NCBI GenBank assembly: GCA_001662655.1
Contig: KV460256.1
DNA length: 39,981 nt
Strand: one strand, 5' to 3'
Source of the DNA: Pseudogymnoascus verrucosus
Lineage: Eukaryota
Of this stretch, positions 25,034 to 36,310 are shown in pieces. The notes beneath the pieces are model-generated. The model made no database searches and was not told the origin of the DNA. It saw nothing but the letters and a program-made list of their open reading frames with translations. Made by a program: the position numbers and the translations under genes. Positions within the stretch are counted from its first letter, which is position 1. Every line of letters starts with the position of its first letter.

Positions 25034-25643
25034 CAGTTGTGCTACATAGTCAAGTCAGCCTCTTTCATTCGTCTATCTGTGGGAACAATCATATGCTGAC
25101 GAGACGGGAGTACCCTACAAGGCATGCTCCGGATTTGAAGACGTAGAAACCAAGAACGAAAGAGTATAAATCAAATGGCATGGTATAGTGGCTCGAAAGA
25201 TAGTGAAGTTGTCGCTGTTTGGCAAAAAGGCAAGGCCAGTTGCGACTGTAGGGACTGCGGGCTATATCAAGACAAGAAAGAGGTCGTGGTCGTGGTCGTG
25301 GTTGACGATCTTTATGGAGATGGAGCCATTTACTATTCACACCCGTCGGGGCGAATTAAGGTTCCTGGGTGGTTGCGTGGTATGTGGTATGTACTCTTAC
25401 TGTACCGCCGTACATGTGCTTTATGTGCTTTTGTACTCCACCGGAAACTTAAGAGGTACATGTTCCGCTCAACCCCCACCAAAACATTTTATACCCGTCA
25501 TTTATTTATTTACCTTCAGCCTCTCCACGTCAAACCCGCCCTGAGTCACCAGTCACCCTTCTCTCCCCCTCTTTCGAGCTTCAACTTCTACTTTGCGCTT
25601 CAGTTTATACCTCAAATATAATGAAGTTTCTTCTACGTTTTAC

Positions 25644-27505
25644 ATGACTATCTCGTATTCGATATCCCCGCGCCGACTCATATCTTGCTCTACATTATCA
25701 TCAGTTGGGCGATCGTTCCGCCTTGTGACTCAACAACCCACCTCCCAAAAGCGCCAAAGTTCGCACAGAAGTCGGAGCTTCAAGAGGTTCCCACGAAAAG
25801 CCATCATGGCCAGCGCCAGCATAGGTCAGGCGAATTTGCGCCCCGAGGATGTCGTAGCAACTGCTCGGATTACTCTTACCCCCCAGGAGTCCAAACTACG
25901 AAACCTGCTGCTCGATGTGGCTCGGTATATCGACGAGTCAAAAGAGATCAAGGAGCGCCTGGAGCTTCGATTCGCCGGGGGCTGGGTGCGGGACAAGCTT
26001 CTGGCTATTCCAAGCAACGATATTGATACTGCTATAAATTCAATGACAGGCTATGCGTTTAGCCTCAAGATGAAGGAGTACCTCGATGTCCCAGAGAATC
26101 GGCTCAAGCATGGCATTGAGAATGTCTCGAGCCTCCACAAGATAGCAGCAAATCCAGAAAAGTCGAAACACCTCGAAACCGTCACCACGAAGTTATTGGG
26201 CTACGATCTGGATTTCGTAAACTTGCGGAAGGAGACATATACTGTTGATAGCAGGAATCCACAGATGGAATTTGGAACCGCAAGAGAAGATGCTTTACGC
26301 CGAGATGCAACTATCAATGCGCTGTTTTACAACATCCACACAGACGAAGTGGAAGATTTCGCAGGAGGTCTAGCAGACCTTGACGCAAGGCTAATCAGAA
26401 CTCCTCTTGAGCCTCACCAGACCTTCGTCGACGACCCGCTTCGCGTCTTGAGATTAATTCGTTTTGCAAGTCGGCTCAATTTCAGAATAGACACAGACTC
26501 GGAGCTGTCTATGGGTGATCCGGCAATTTTAGACGCTTTAAAACTGAAAATCAGCAGAGAAAGGGTCGGCGTGGAGTTGGAGAAAATGATGAATGGTCAG
26601 TTAATTCCTCTGAGATTCTGCTTGTCGAGTCTTGATGCTAAAGAATGTCACAGACAAAAACACCCGTACTGCTTTTGACCTGATTGATCGGCTGGGCCTG
26701 TATACGACAATATTCACTAACCCCACTGCAGAGCGATTTCCCCAGGTGGATACTAGCAATTGGAAAAATGCATATAACTGTCTTGATCTTATCAAGTCTA
26801 ACGAATCTCCCGCCTCCATTTATAAGCTACTTGTTCGCTCTGACGAATCTGAAGCTGTTGCTTGGGTCCTTGCAGCATTATCACCTTGGGCGCTTCTTGG
26901 GTCCCCTCCCAGACCCCCTGGAGGCAAGCTACCGCTTCCATATGCTACATTTGCTGCTAGGGAAGGTATCAAGTCAAACAACAAAGTTTGCGATGTTGTT
27001 ACGGGTGCTTCCAGGCACTTTCGCGAAATTATCGACCTAAAGGCAGCTGTACTGGCAAAGGAGTCTCACGTATATGAACGTGACACGATAGGCATGACAA
27101 TTCGTCGCTGGGATGCCAATGGTGGCCAATGGAAGCTCCACGTCGTTCTAGCCATACTCGTGGAGTCTATGGGGACTGATGTCACTGCTGGTATGCCTGT
27201 GTCCTTGTTTGCAAGAAGAAAGAGTTACTAATTGTCTAACAGGATATGATACCTTTCTTCAACAGTGGCAGAAGTTTCTGGATCATATTATTGACTTGGA
27301 TTTGTTGGAGGCGGCAACTTGTAAACGGATTATAGACGGCAAACAATTATCGAAGGAACTCAAGGCTAAGCCAGGGATATGGATGACGGCGGCGTTGGAT
27401 TTGGTCATGGCCTGGCAATTCCGCAACCCTACAGAGACAGATCCTCGTGGGGCAATCGAGGAGGTACTGAGGAAGAAAGAGGAGCTTAAAATTCCCATTA
27501 TATAG
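25644..27505 (+). CDS. CCA1: CCA tRNA nucleotidyltransferase; in-frame starts at 25644 and 25806
   Basis: Introns 26596-26653 and 27191-27242. Motifs RFAGGWVRDKLL..DID, SKHLET, DFVNLRKE, DALRRDATINALFYN, DDPLRVLRLIRFASR and ISRERVG. Confidence 0.92.
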
Positions 27506-27957
27506 GCAATTTTATGTTCTTCGACGACCTTTTTGGTCATAAATATTTTCTTGGTTGGAATTGATTGATAATAGCATCACGGACAGGTTGCAGACTAAAT
27601 GTTGCGTTGGGTGTTGATTTAGGGGTAATAGTGATGATGCTAGATCTTGGTAAATTTGTATTTGGTATCAGTCGCTGTGCAGTACGGAAATGTTGGTCTC
27701 TGTCGTCACGTGGCACACGCATCTTCCCAAATATGAGCTTTGGTATTGGAGATCTTGCTGGCGGCCTCATGTCCGCAATGTAAACTACGCCTGTACCAGA
27801 TAAACTCAAACCTACAGTACTGTTGTGGTTTCTTATTGTTTGAGCGAACAAACCCTGCGCCCAAATATCCAAAAACCGTCAACCAACATTGAACCTCCCC
27901 CAAGCACCTCACACCACACATAAGCACCACGAACTCACGACACCATACCTCCAAAAT

Positions 27958-29833
27958 ATGACCTTACTGTTTAGTGCAGCCCAGAAAATTGTTACAGAAC
28001 AGGTTAATAAAGGGGTTACTATTGATGATGTTGGCACCTTGGTTGTACCGATAGATGGTAATGAAGCCCTGGCTTTGACATCCTCGTTGAACCAGCGTTA
28101 ACAAACTCGTGCTTGTCAGCTCTACCACCAAAATATAGCATTCGACAACTGAACGATGGGCTTATCCAGTTACCAGTATCCTCTCAGGCCGAGGTGAGCA
28201 ATACGCACACCATGCTTCGTATCCCACTAACTAGGTTATGTATCAGAAAACAGCCAAAGCTGCAATTCTTGAACGCTGCCTGCAAAGTCGCGAAAGACTG
28301 AGCCTGGGAGGTGACGAATCAGTGGCTACACGGGAATTAATAGCTTGGCTTATTGAAACTATACGCCCCGATGGTGCATGTTTCCTCGACGCCTCGTTTG
28401 ACGAAGGTTCCTATGCTCGCAATACTCCTTCAACTGGGCATTGCTAACCATTCTATCAGCCAATTCTCCAGAAATAGAGAAAGCAAGAGAAGAATGGAGG
28501 TTCACATCTATATTCGCCCTGAACTCCATGAAACTCTTGATATCGTACGGCTACATATCAGAAGCAAGTACTATGCCAGAGGTTTTGTTGAGTTTGCTTG
28601 CCTTTACTCATCTGGACGATACCTGGAATTCCAAGCCAGCGTATGAGGTTTCAAAGGATGCATTAGATCACCAATCACAGGAAGTACATACAGGGACATT
28701 TATTGTCGACTATGTTCTAAAGGGGTTCATACGCCCTTTGTTCGCGAAGTCCACCCCACAGACAATAACATCCCAGGGAAGAAAGGCACCAATTGAGAAC
28801 CTGGGGAATCGAATTATTGAGGTAGCAAGCAGCCCTGACGCGATATCGAAACCGTGGAAATGCAGAGATATTCATGCAGTGACGGTATTTAAGTGGGTGG
28901 TCACTACAGCTGATGTAAGGTCGCAAGTCGTTGAACACCATCAAGATACTAACTAGCACCAGGAGGGACTAATATCCAATAACTGGCACTTGTTCGTCCC
29001 GCCGTTGATGACTCTCTTAGATGACCCTATGACTTCTGTGAGAGCATCGGGATTAACCATTTTATCTGAATTCCTCAAGAAAACTTCACCAAGAATGCTC
29101 GTTCAGACCGGCCTCAGCGATTTACTCGAGGAAGCGCTCATGCCGACTCTGTCATTTCTACCCACCCTAACTCCCGTCGCAGAGTCACAACTTCTACTCA
29201 AGAAGGCATATTCAGCTCTATTAGAGCTAGGGGATATTCGATACGCCTCCAAGGATAATAAACCCGAAAGGAATCGGTTTTACGACAGACTGATGCGTGA
29301 AGGGGTTTTTTATGGGATTCACCATTCCGGCGATATAACGATTATACTGGAGCTATTACTGGCTGAAATGAGCGAAATAATAAACCGCCTTCACATTTAC
29401 TCCGTCAAACATGCCAAGGTTTGCAAGATTTCAAGTTGCTTGAGTAAACAAACTAATGTTCATGCAGGATATCCTGCCATTACTTTCGGCTGTCCTGGTG
29501 GATCCATTCGCGCCTTCTAACCCTGCCCTTCTTCTACGAGGAATAAAGACTGTTCAGACCACAATCCTCAATTGCTGGCCAATACTCTCGGAGGAACATC
29601 ATCGCGTTCAGATTGTCAAAGCGCTGTCCATTTGCTGGATAAATCTAACCGAAGAGATTATGAACAGTGCGAGTGAAAATGTCAAACACGAACTTGGTCA
29701 ACTCAAGCAGGAGCTGCAAATTTCGGCCGCTTTGCTTTTCAAGTCCACTGTAGGAGCAGCTGGCCAAGAAACGGCCCTTACAGATGTAGTCAAAGTCTAC
29801 CCTGACCTTTCGAATTTATTCAAACTCGAATAG
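27958..29833 (+). CDS. TTI2: TTT complex subunit Tti2 (ARM/HEAT repeat)
   Basis: Introns 28058-28119, 28194-28246, one ending at 28459 (donor uncertain: 28374 or 28407), 28915-28962 and 29419-29467. Motifs IRPLFAKS, PWK, NWHLFVPPLMTLLDD and ILNCWP. Confidence 0.75.
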
Positions 29834-30070
29834 AATAGAACGTATTATATACTCAATATTGGCCTATAAATACCGCCTAGACCTTCGTTGCAGATAGGTA
29901 CAAGTTGAATGCAATGAATATCGCAGACTTGCCCATAGGCCGTGTCCTCATGTGAGCTTTCAAGCACATAAGGTGTATTCCGACGCAAGGCCCAAGATTC
30001 CAGCTACCGTTAGAAGGACTCAAAATCTATTGGTTTTGTTACCAACGTCCAACACATGATATGGATACAT

Positions 30071-33000
30071 TCAGTCAATAGGTTGCTGCTTAAACAATGA
30101 TTTCCCGTTATGCCATTTACGGTATGCTTTATACCTCTTCTTCTGGGCATCCTCGTTGGTGACTGTGAGAGGATTGTCGGGGACGGTTAGAAAGTCGGAA
30201 AAGTCTCTTAAATCCTCCTCAAGGGTATACGAAAGAGAGTTCGATTCTTGCCACGCGCCACTTACATAATCCAGATATTCGACATCAATATCTGCTGGCG
30301 TTTCAGTTGAAACGACAAGTGGTAATGTCTGCGGGTGATTAATGTACCGCGCATAATCTTCCGCTTCCTGATCCGTGACAAATGGATTCAGGGAATCCTG
30401 GACGACTTGCTTGAAAGTCAGCGGGGCCGTTTTGGATAAATCAAGCGCTGGCAGCTTCTGGTTTGATTGTAATAAGTGGATATTTGTAGACCGAGGCTCC
30501 ATCACAGTTCCATGGCTCATGGAGGCTTTCTCGTCGATAGGCTGAAGCCAGCGTTGCCTTGGCGTTCTTTTTGTGGCTCCCCGGCTGACAGAGGTGTCAT
30601 CGTCGTGCTTGTCCTGAGGATCTAAATTGGCAGCTCGGTATTTTACCGCTTTTTTGTCCGGCACTTCTTGATTTATCTCTGTTCGAACTCTGAATGGACT
30701 CAGGTCATACCTCCCTTCTTGGGCAAACCTAACGGGTATGTAGCGTACAGTCGAATTCATATTATAAGAAAATATTTTCAAGAATGAGGAAAGTGCGAGA
30801 GGTTTATAATATTCGAGCCAGTAATCGTCAAAATTATAGAGTGTTTCGTCAGTGGTTCTCGATGTTAATAATAGCGCATCAGTTGGCATCTTCCTCTCGG
30901 CCAGATATTCCGGGGTGTACCAGGAGATATAGTTGCGACGTTGTTTCCCAGACCAAGCTCTTGGATCAGCATGGTGCAGGTAGTAATCGGTTACTAGATC
31001 CCAAAGCATGGGTTGCCCTTGGGTAAAAATGTAATTGCCGAGGAAGAGGTTGTATGCTTCTTGCCGCTGACCGTCGAGAAAAGAGTTGTTATAGTACCTC
31101 TTGAAACTTTCCACCATATCCCTAGAGTGACTTGTCCACTGGTTTATTTTACGATATGTTTCCATAGTATTGACGAGTTGAGAGCCTCCATATTGAACGG
31201 CAATGGTGTCGCCATGATCATGATACATATGGGTAAAGAGATTGACAGCGTCCGTATCATAATCAATAGAGGTCCCAGCAATGATTCCCAATGCGTGCAG
31301 CTGATATCCTAGGGCTCGCTTTCCAATAACAAACTGGGCTGCGTTGGTGCGATCAAGACAATCGATGCAGTTAGTTCTTGCAACCCCGTTCTGCACTGTA
31401 GGGAGAGTGGTCTTGCCGTCTCCATTCCGAAATAGACCGGTAGTGGTAACAACTTCCTCCGCGATAGCTTCAAGTGTCCCAATAACATCTTGGTCACGGC
31501 TTTTAGACGCTCGGCTCATATCCCATGCCTTGTGTATGATTTTTTTACCCTCCGGCAGGGACTGATTTAAATATTTTATGGCACTTGTGAACTCATGCAA
31601 TAACTTCGACTCGCGAGGAATCCTCTCACGAGACTTCACGAGGTTAAGGACGTAAATTGGGGCGCCGTATCGCTGAAACAAGTTGTCAAAATGAAGGGCT
31701 GCCGCACTGTAGAACGGGTCTACCAGATTCAGTTCGATGGGTGGCTTTGGTGTCACTCCAGTATTATCCTGAGTCCAGTATAGGGGTATGCTTCCTCGAT
31801 GTTGAACGTATGACGTATAGTTTGGACTGGCAAAGAGTTTGGGACCCGGCGCATGGAACGAAGTGGTCAGGCCCTCAGCAACTATTTGCTCAGTTTCGAC
31901 ATCGTTGGCAACGTAGCCCTAGGCAATATTTAGTGAGGAACTAAAATAAATATGGGCGAGCTTACCAGATCATTTGCCCCGCGTTTAAGGAATCTGGCCC
32001 CGGCAAAGAATCGCGATCTTCTTGCAATGATTGTAATATGCACGGTCCGGCCGTATATTGAAAGGGCTGCAGGGTTAGCACGTATTCGACAGTGATATAC
32101 ATAGTGCCATACCTGCTTGATCCATGTAGCCATGGATTATTGGAAGACACCAGTCGTAGGTGTTCTTCAGTGCCACTGTAGCAGGCCTCAACAAGTAGTT
32201 GTTCCAGACAAACATGTCATTGTATTCAGGCGGGTATGGGCGAGGAAGGTTTTGAGTCATGGCGGCGCGTTCCTTTAGGATATTGTGTTGGAGTGTGTGC
32301 GTTATATCGTATGAATAACTGAAGTAAAACGAACGGGACAAGTCAAGATTATTCAAAATCCCCAAAAATCTTGTCTCCTCTGCGTTTCGAGAATCTGGTT
32401 TGAATCTGGAATTCTGCGAAGTGACGAGAGGCACAAGTTCCGTCCCATCTATTTGGTAGACATAATGCCCCCCAATCATGGCTACTTGGCTTCTCTTGGT
32501 AATCAAAAGCATATAATAAGTCCCGGTGAATCGAACAAAACCGAGAAGGCCCCATGTGCTGCATTTGAGCTTCATCCCCCCAGTGCTTTTATTGCCGTCG
32601 CCCACGGCACTTAATAATTCGCTCATCTCTTTTTTCGTGTACACCATGTCATCCTCAGCTACGCTTAGGTTCCCAACGTCCGAATTACGGTCAATTTTTA
32701 GAATCCGGAATCTCTGGTCCATGATGTCGGCGCCCACGATGAAGTACCTCGTCGCTGTTTCGTATACTGTGAATTTGTGCATCTTACAACCCCCCTGGTC
32801 GCTCGCTTTTTTATGCACCGCGCCTTTACCCTTCTTTTGATCAATGCTGGGACCAGCGGAACTTTGGGAAGAGCCCGAAATCGCTGGCTGGTCATGCAAT
32901 CCACTGTCCTGGGCAGATTTGGTAGATGAAGGCTGACTTGCATCTTCGACATGTTTTGGTACGTAGTTGTGGAGCGGGGACAAAATTGGCTCAGTCGGAG

Positions 33001-33205
33001 GGTCCCCCGCAGCGAAATAATTAGAGGCAGACGATGGCAGAGGGTGCATGGCAGGTGTTGATCCAAACGTGTCATCGGTTGGCTGTGCACGTTGACGGGT
33101 TTCATCCTGGAATTGCCCCTCAGAGTCTTGACGGCCCCGGTGCCCCGAGGATCGCGACGATCGTCCCCGTGATTCTTCGCCGGTATCATCAGAAGCTCCT
33201 ATCAT
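30071..33205 (-). CDS. FIG4: PI(3,5)P2 5-phosphatase Fig4 (SAC domain)
   Basis: Introns 32067-32112 and 31919-31965. Motifs [42 protein letters not shown], catalytic [12 protein letters not shown] and [10 protein letters not shown]. Confidence 0.93.
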
Positions 33206-33712
33206 GTTGAAGGCTCCTCTTCTGCACACGATCTAGACAGCTACTGGCGCCGTCGTGTTTATCCGTTGTGAAAACTGTTTTGCCATGCTGCGGTCAAACC
33301 ATAAGTAGATTTCGCGGTTGCCTTCCGAAGATCCTGTAGGGGATATTCAGCATGCCAATATTTAGAACATGTTTGGCAATATAGGTGGGTTGTTGATCTG
33401 ACAATTTAGGTGTATTTTAAAGGGTGCTGTAGACCGCGAAGGGTCAAGTGAGGTCTAGCCATCAAGGTTGTCCAGCTTTGAAGTCAACGATCCCAACGCA
33501 CGGACCATGCACGATTAAGCTACGATAACCGATAATCGAGCATGCACGAACTTATAGTACAAGGCTGTCTGTTGTCTATGTGACCCACCTTCCGATTACC
33601 ATACCCAGCACCAACTCTGCTTCTTCACAATCCCGCAAAGCCTCAATACACAAACCTCACCATACACCTCTGCCTTTGCAGATTGCGGATTGCGGATTGC
33701 GGATTTTCTGCA

Positions 33713-34576
33713 ATGGCTAATATATCTCCCCCTCCAAGCGCTACGTACGTGTCATTGCACACCGACACGTTTGTTTCGCTGCTAACCGTGATATAAAGTG
33801 TATATGTCCGCAACCTAGAAGAACATATCAAGGTTGATCAACTGAAAGAAGCGCTCACGGAGCTGTTCTCGGAATATGGCGAAATTATAGATATCGTCGC
33901 GAAGACAAATTTAAAGGCAAAGGGCCAGGCTTTCGTCGTATTTGACACTGTCGAATCTGCCCAAAAGGCTATCGATGAAGTCCAAGGCTTCGAGCTTTTT
34001 GAAAAACCGATGCAGCTCGCGTTTGCAAAAACAAGGAGTGATGCCACGGTTAAGAGGATCGGCGACGAAGAAGAATACGAATCTCACAAGAGGAAACGCC
34101 TCGCAGAGAAGGGTAAGTGATACTGATAGTATGTTGGAGAAGGTTACTGATCCAAAGGATTATTAGATAAGAAGAAGTCCGCGGAGGCTGCCGAAGAAGC
34201 CAAGAAGCTGAAGATCGCAGCGGCAGCTGCTGGAAATGCTGCAGATATGACTTCTCGACCTATCAAAGCAACAAGAGGCGCTGGCTTACGTTCCTCAAAT
34301 GCGGCCACCAGTGCAGTGGTTCCGGATGAATATCTTCCTCCGAATAAGATCCTCTTCGTACAGAACGTTCCAGATGAGTACGATATTGATGCTTTAACCA
34401 GCATCTTTGGAAGATTTGAAGGATTTCGGGAAGTTCGTTTGGTCCCAGGTCGCCGTGGTATTGCTTTCGTCGAATATGAGGCCGAGGCTGGTGCTATAAG
34501 TGCGAAGGAAAACACAGCAGGTGTGGCCCTGGGGGAAGCTGGCCAGGCCATAAAGGTCACTTATCAGAGGCAGTGA
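33713..34576 (+). CDS. MUD1: U1 snRNP protein A (two-RRM U1A/U2B''/SNF family; Mud1/Usp102-like)
   Basis: Introns 33745-33798 and 34113-34166. RRM1 TVYVRNLEE..KTNLKAKGQAFVVF and RRM2 LPPNKILFVQNVP..FREVRLVPGRRGIAFVEY. Assignment to U1A rather than U2B'' is inferred. Confidence 0.88.
33747..33770 (+). promoter_or_regulatory. Intronic RNA hairpin mimicking U1 snRNA stem-loop II, overlapping the 5' splice site
   Basis: ACGTGTC-[ATTGCACACC]-GACACGT: a perfect 7-bp stem with a C-G closing pair and a 10-nt loop starting AUUGCAC. Confidence 0.8.
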
Positions 34577-34710
34577 ATTTTTTTGTTTCTGAATATAAAA
34601 TTGATCTATGAACAACACAAATAAGCTTATAATGTGTGCCTTTAGGCGCAAGCTTGCCATATGACAGGGATTGCCATCCATAACACATTTCGAAGCTATC
34701 TAACAATTGT

Positions 34711-35906
34711 TCAGAATATGACGTCCGCATCTTCTTGCTCCCCAAGAATATCCGCATTGCCCGAGAGTCCGTCGTCACCGCCGTTGCCAGCAGCGTTGTC
34801 TTTTTCCCTTCTTGCTGCCATCTCAGCATCGGCTGCGGCGACGTCTCTTTGCTTCTTGTTCGCAACCTAAACATAGTGTAAGACAACGTAGATAGCCTAT
34901 ATGAACCCAAGCCTACCTTCTTAAGCCGATAAAACTCTTCTCTATCCAGCTCATCGAGCTCAGAATTAATATCTAGGGATGGTTAACGCTATCATCTCGA
35001 ATGCTAGTGGGAAGACGGCCAAAACTAACATTTAATCGTATTTTCAGTACGTGGAATGATGACATGTTCACTGATATAGGTTAGCCAGGGTTGATTGGTA
35101 AAATGACATATACAGACATGGCATTCACTATGACGGTCAGCAAAACAGAATCGAGAGAAGGCGGTTACAATGAAACGAACCTCTGCGGTTTACAACTTTG
35201 ATAACCTCATCCAATATCACAAAAGCTGTCTTGAGTCGAGTGTTAGATATGCTCGTACGAGGCTGTCAAATAGAAGATGGTACCTGTAAACTGGCAAGCT
35301 CAACCAGCGTCTCGACAGCTCGCGCGTACGTTTCCCTGCACCTTTGGACCTGCTGCCCCCCCTTTCCCAAACCCGTCAATCCGAAATCGTTGTTCCCTTC
35401 CGTTGTATAGCTTTCAAAAGCAGGCAGGAAAACGCCAGAAACATTCTCTTGCTTCGTTCGGATACGAAAGCGTGCAGATTTAGCAGACTCCTGAACCTGG
35501 TAACCAATATCGCCGCCAACAGCATAAGTTACTTCTGCAAGTGAAAATGCCGCTATCTGCATAACTCGTCCCATTTTGCGCTTGGCTTCATCAATTCGAC
35601 GGGTTATCTCTAGCAAGGGTGTCAGCGGAGTATCGAGATGCGACTCGTTAGGTGCTACCTCTGAAACGCCTGTGGTCTGTTGTCAGCTAAAGTTGAAGAC
35701 CGTAAGGTAAGGAATATATACTTCGTTAATGCCTCGCTCTTGCGCTTTAAGAGGCTGTGACCTGTCTCGGCTCCCTTGAGTTTGGCCTTCATCAACCCCA
35801 GCGTTTGCCTCGTAGGGAAGACAGCCTCTCGGTCCTAAAACGAGCTGCGTTAGCCAGCACTTCGTGACACTGAGCACCCAGGTTATATTACCGTAGCTCC
35901 CGACAT
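34711..35906 (-). CDS. VMA8: V-type ATPase V1 subunit D
   Basis: Nine exons (35892-35906, 35722-35834, 35659-35669, 35284-35609, 35181-35229, 35118-35127, 35030-35070, 34917-34972, 34711-34866). They give REAVFPTRQ..GHSLLKRKSEALTKRFR..NRRVNAIEHVIIPR..LDELDREEFYRLKK..DADVIF. Confidence 0.95.
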
Positions 35907-36310
35907 TTTGAGAAGGAATATAAATTGCTAGAAAGAGTGCAATGGCCGTTACGGCGAAATAATTACTCCAGCTAAGCTTGATTGTCTCGCTGAGTTGTTT
36001 ACAGCGGACATTATTTGAAGTACAATACAAGCAAGCTGGACATGCCCAGTGGGTTGCTCTCCAAGATAAGGCGGTTGCGGGAACAGGGTACTGCCTCACC
36101 GCCTAGCCGATACGGTTTAGCGTAGTAAGCGCCTGTTCAATGCCCAAACTGTCTGCGACTCGTCCTGTGCCGCGCGCGTCTTCAGAATTATAGCTTCATT
36201 AGCTTTAATATCAATCATCGAAAGGACATTGACACAGGTTTCTCTTAAGCATTATCAGCGCGCCCGGCGCGGCATTTACTGCGCGTATAAAGTGGGCGAG
36301 GACTGAAATC

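Noticed and set aside
25175..25621. Plus-strand 148-aa and 118-aa ORFs containing a (GTCGTG)n run
   Set aside because: Low-complexity microsatellite in a divergent promoter region, with no protein-like signal.
27537..27954. Short ORFs and a GTGATGA C-box-like motif between CCA1 and TTI2
   Set aside because: No family motifs or convincing gene structure, and no partner D box (CTGA) at a suitable distance.
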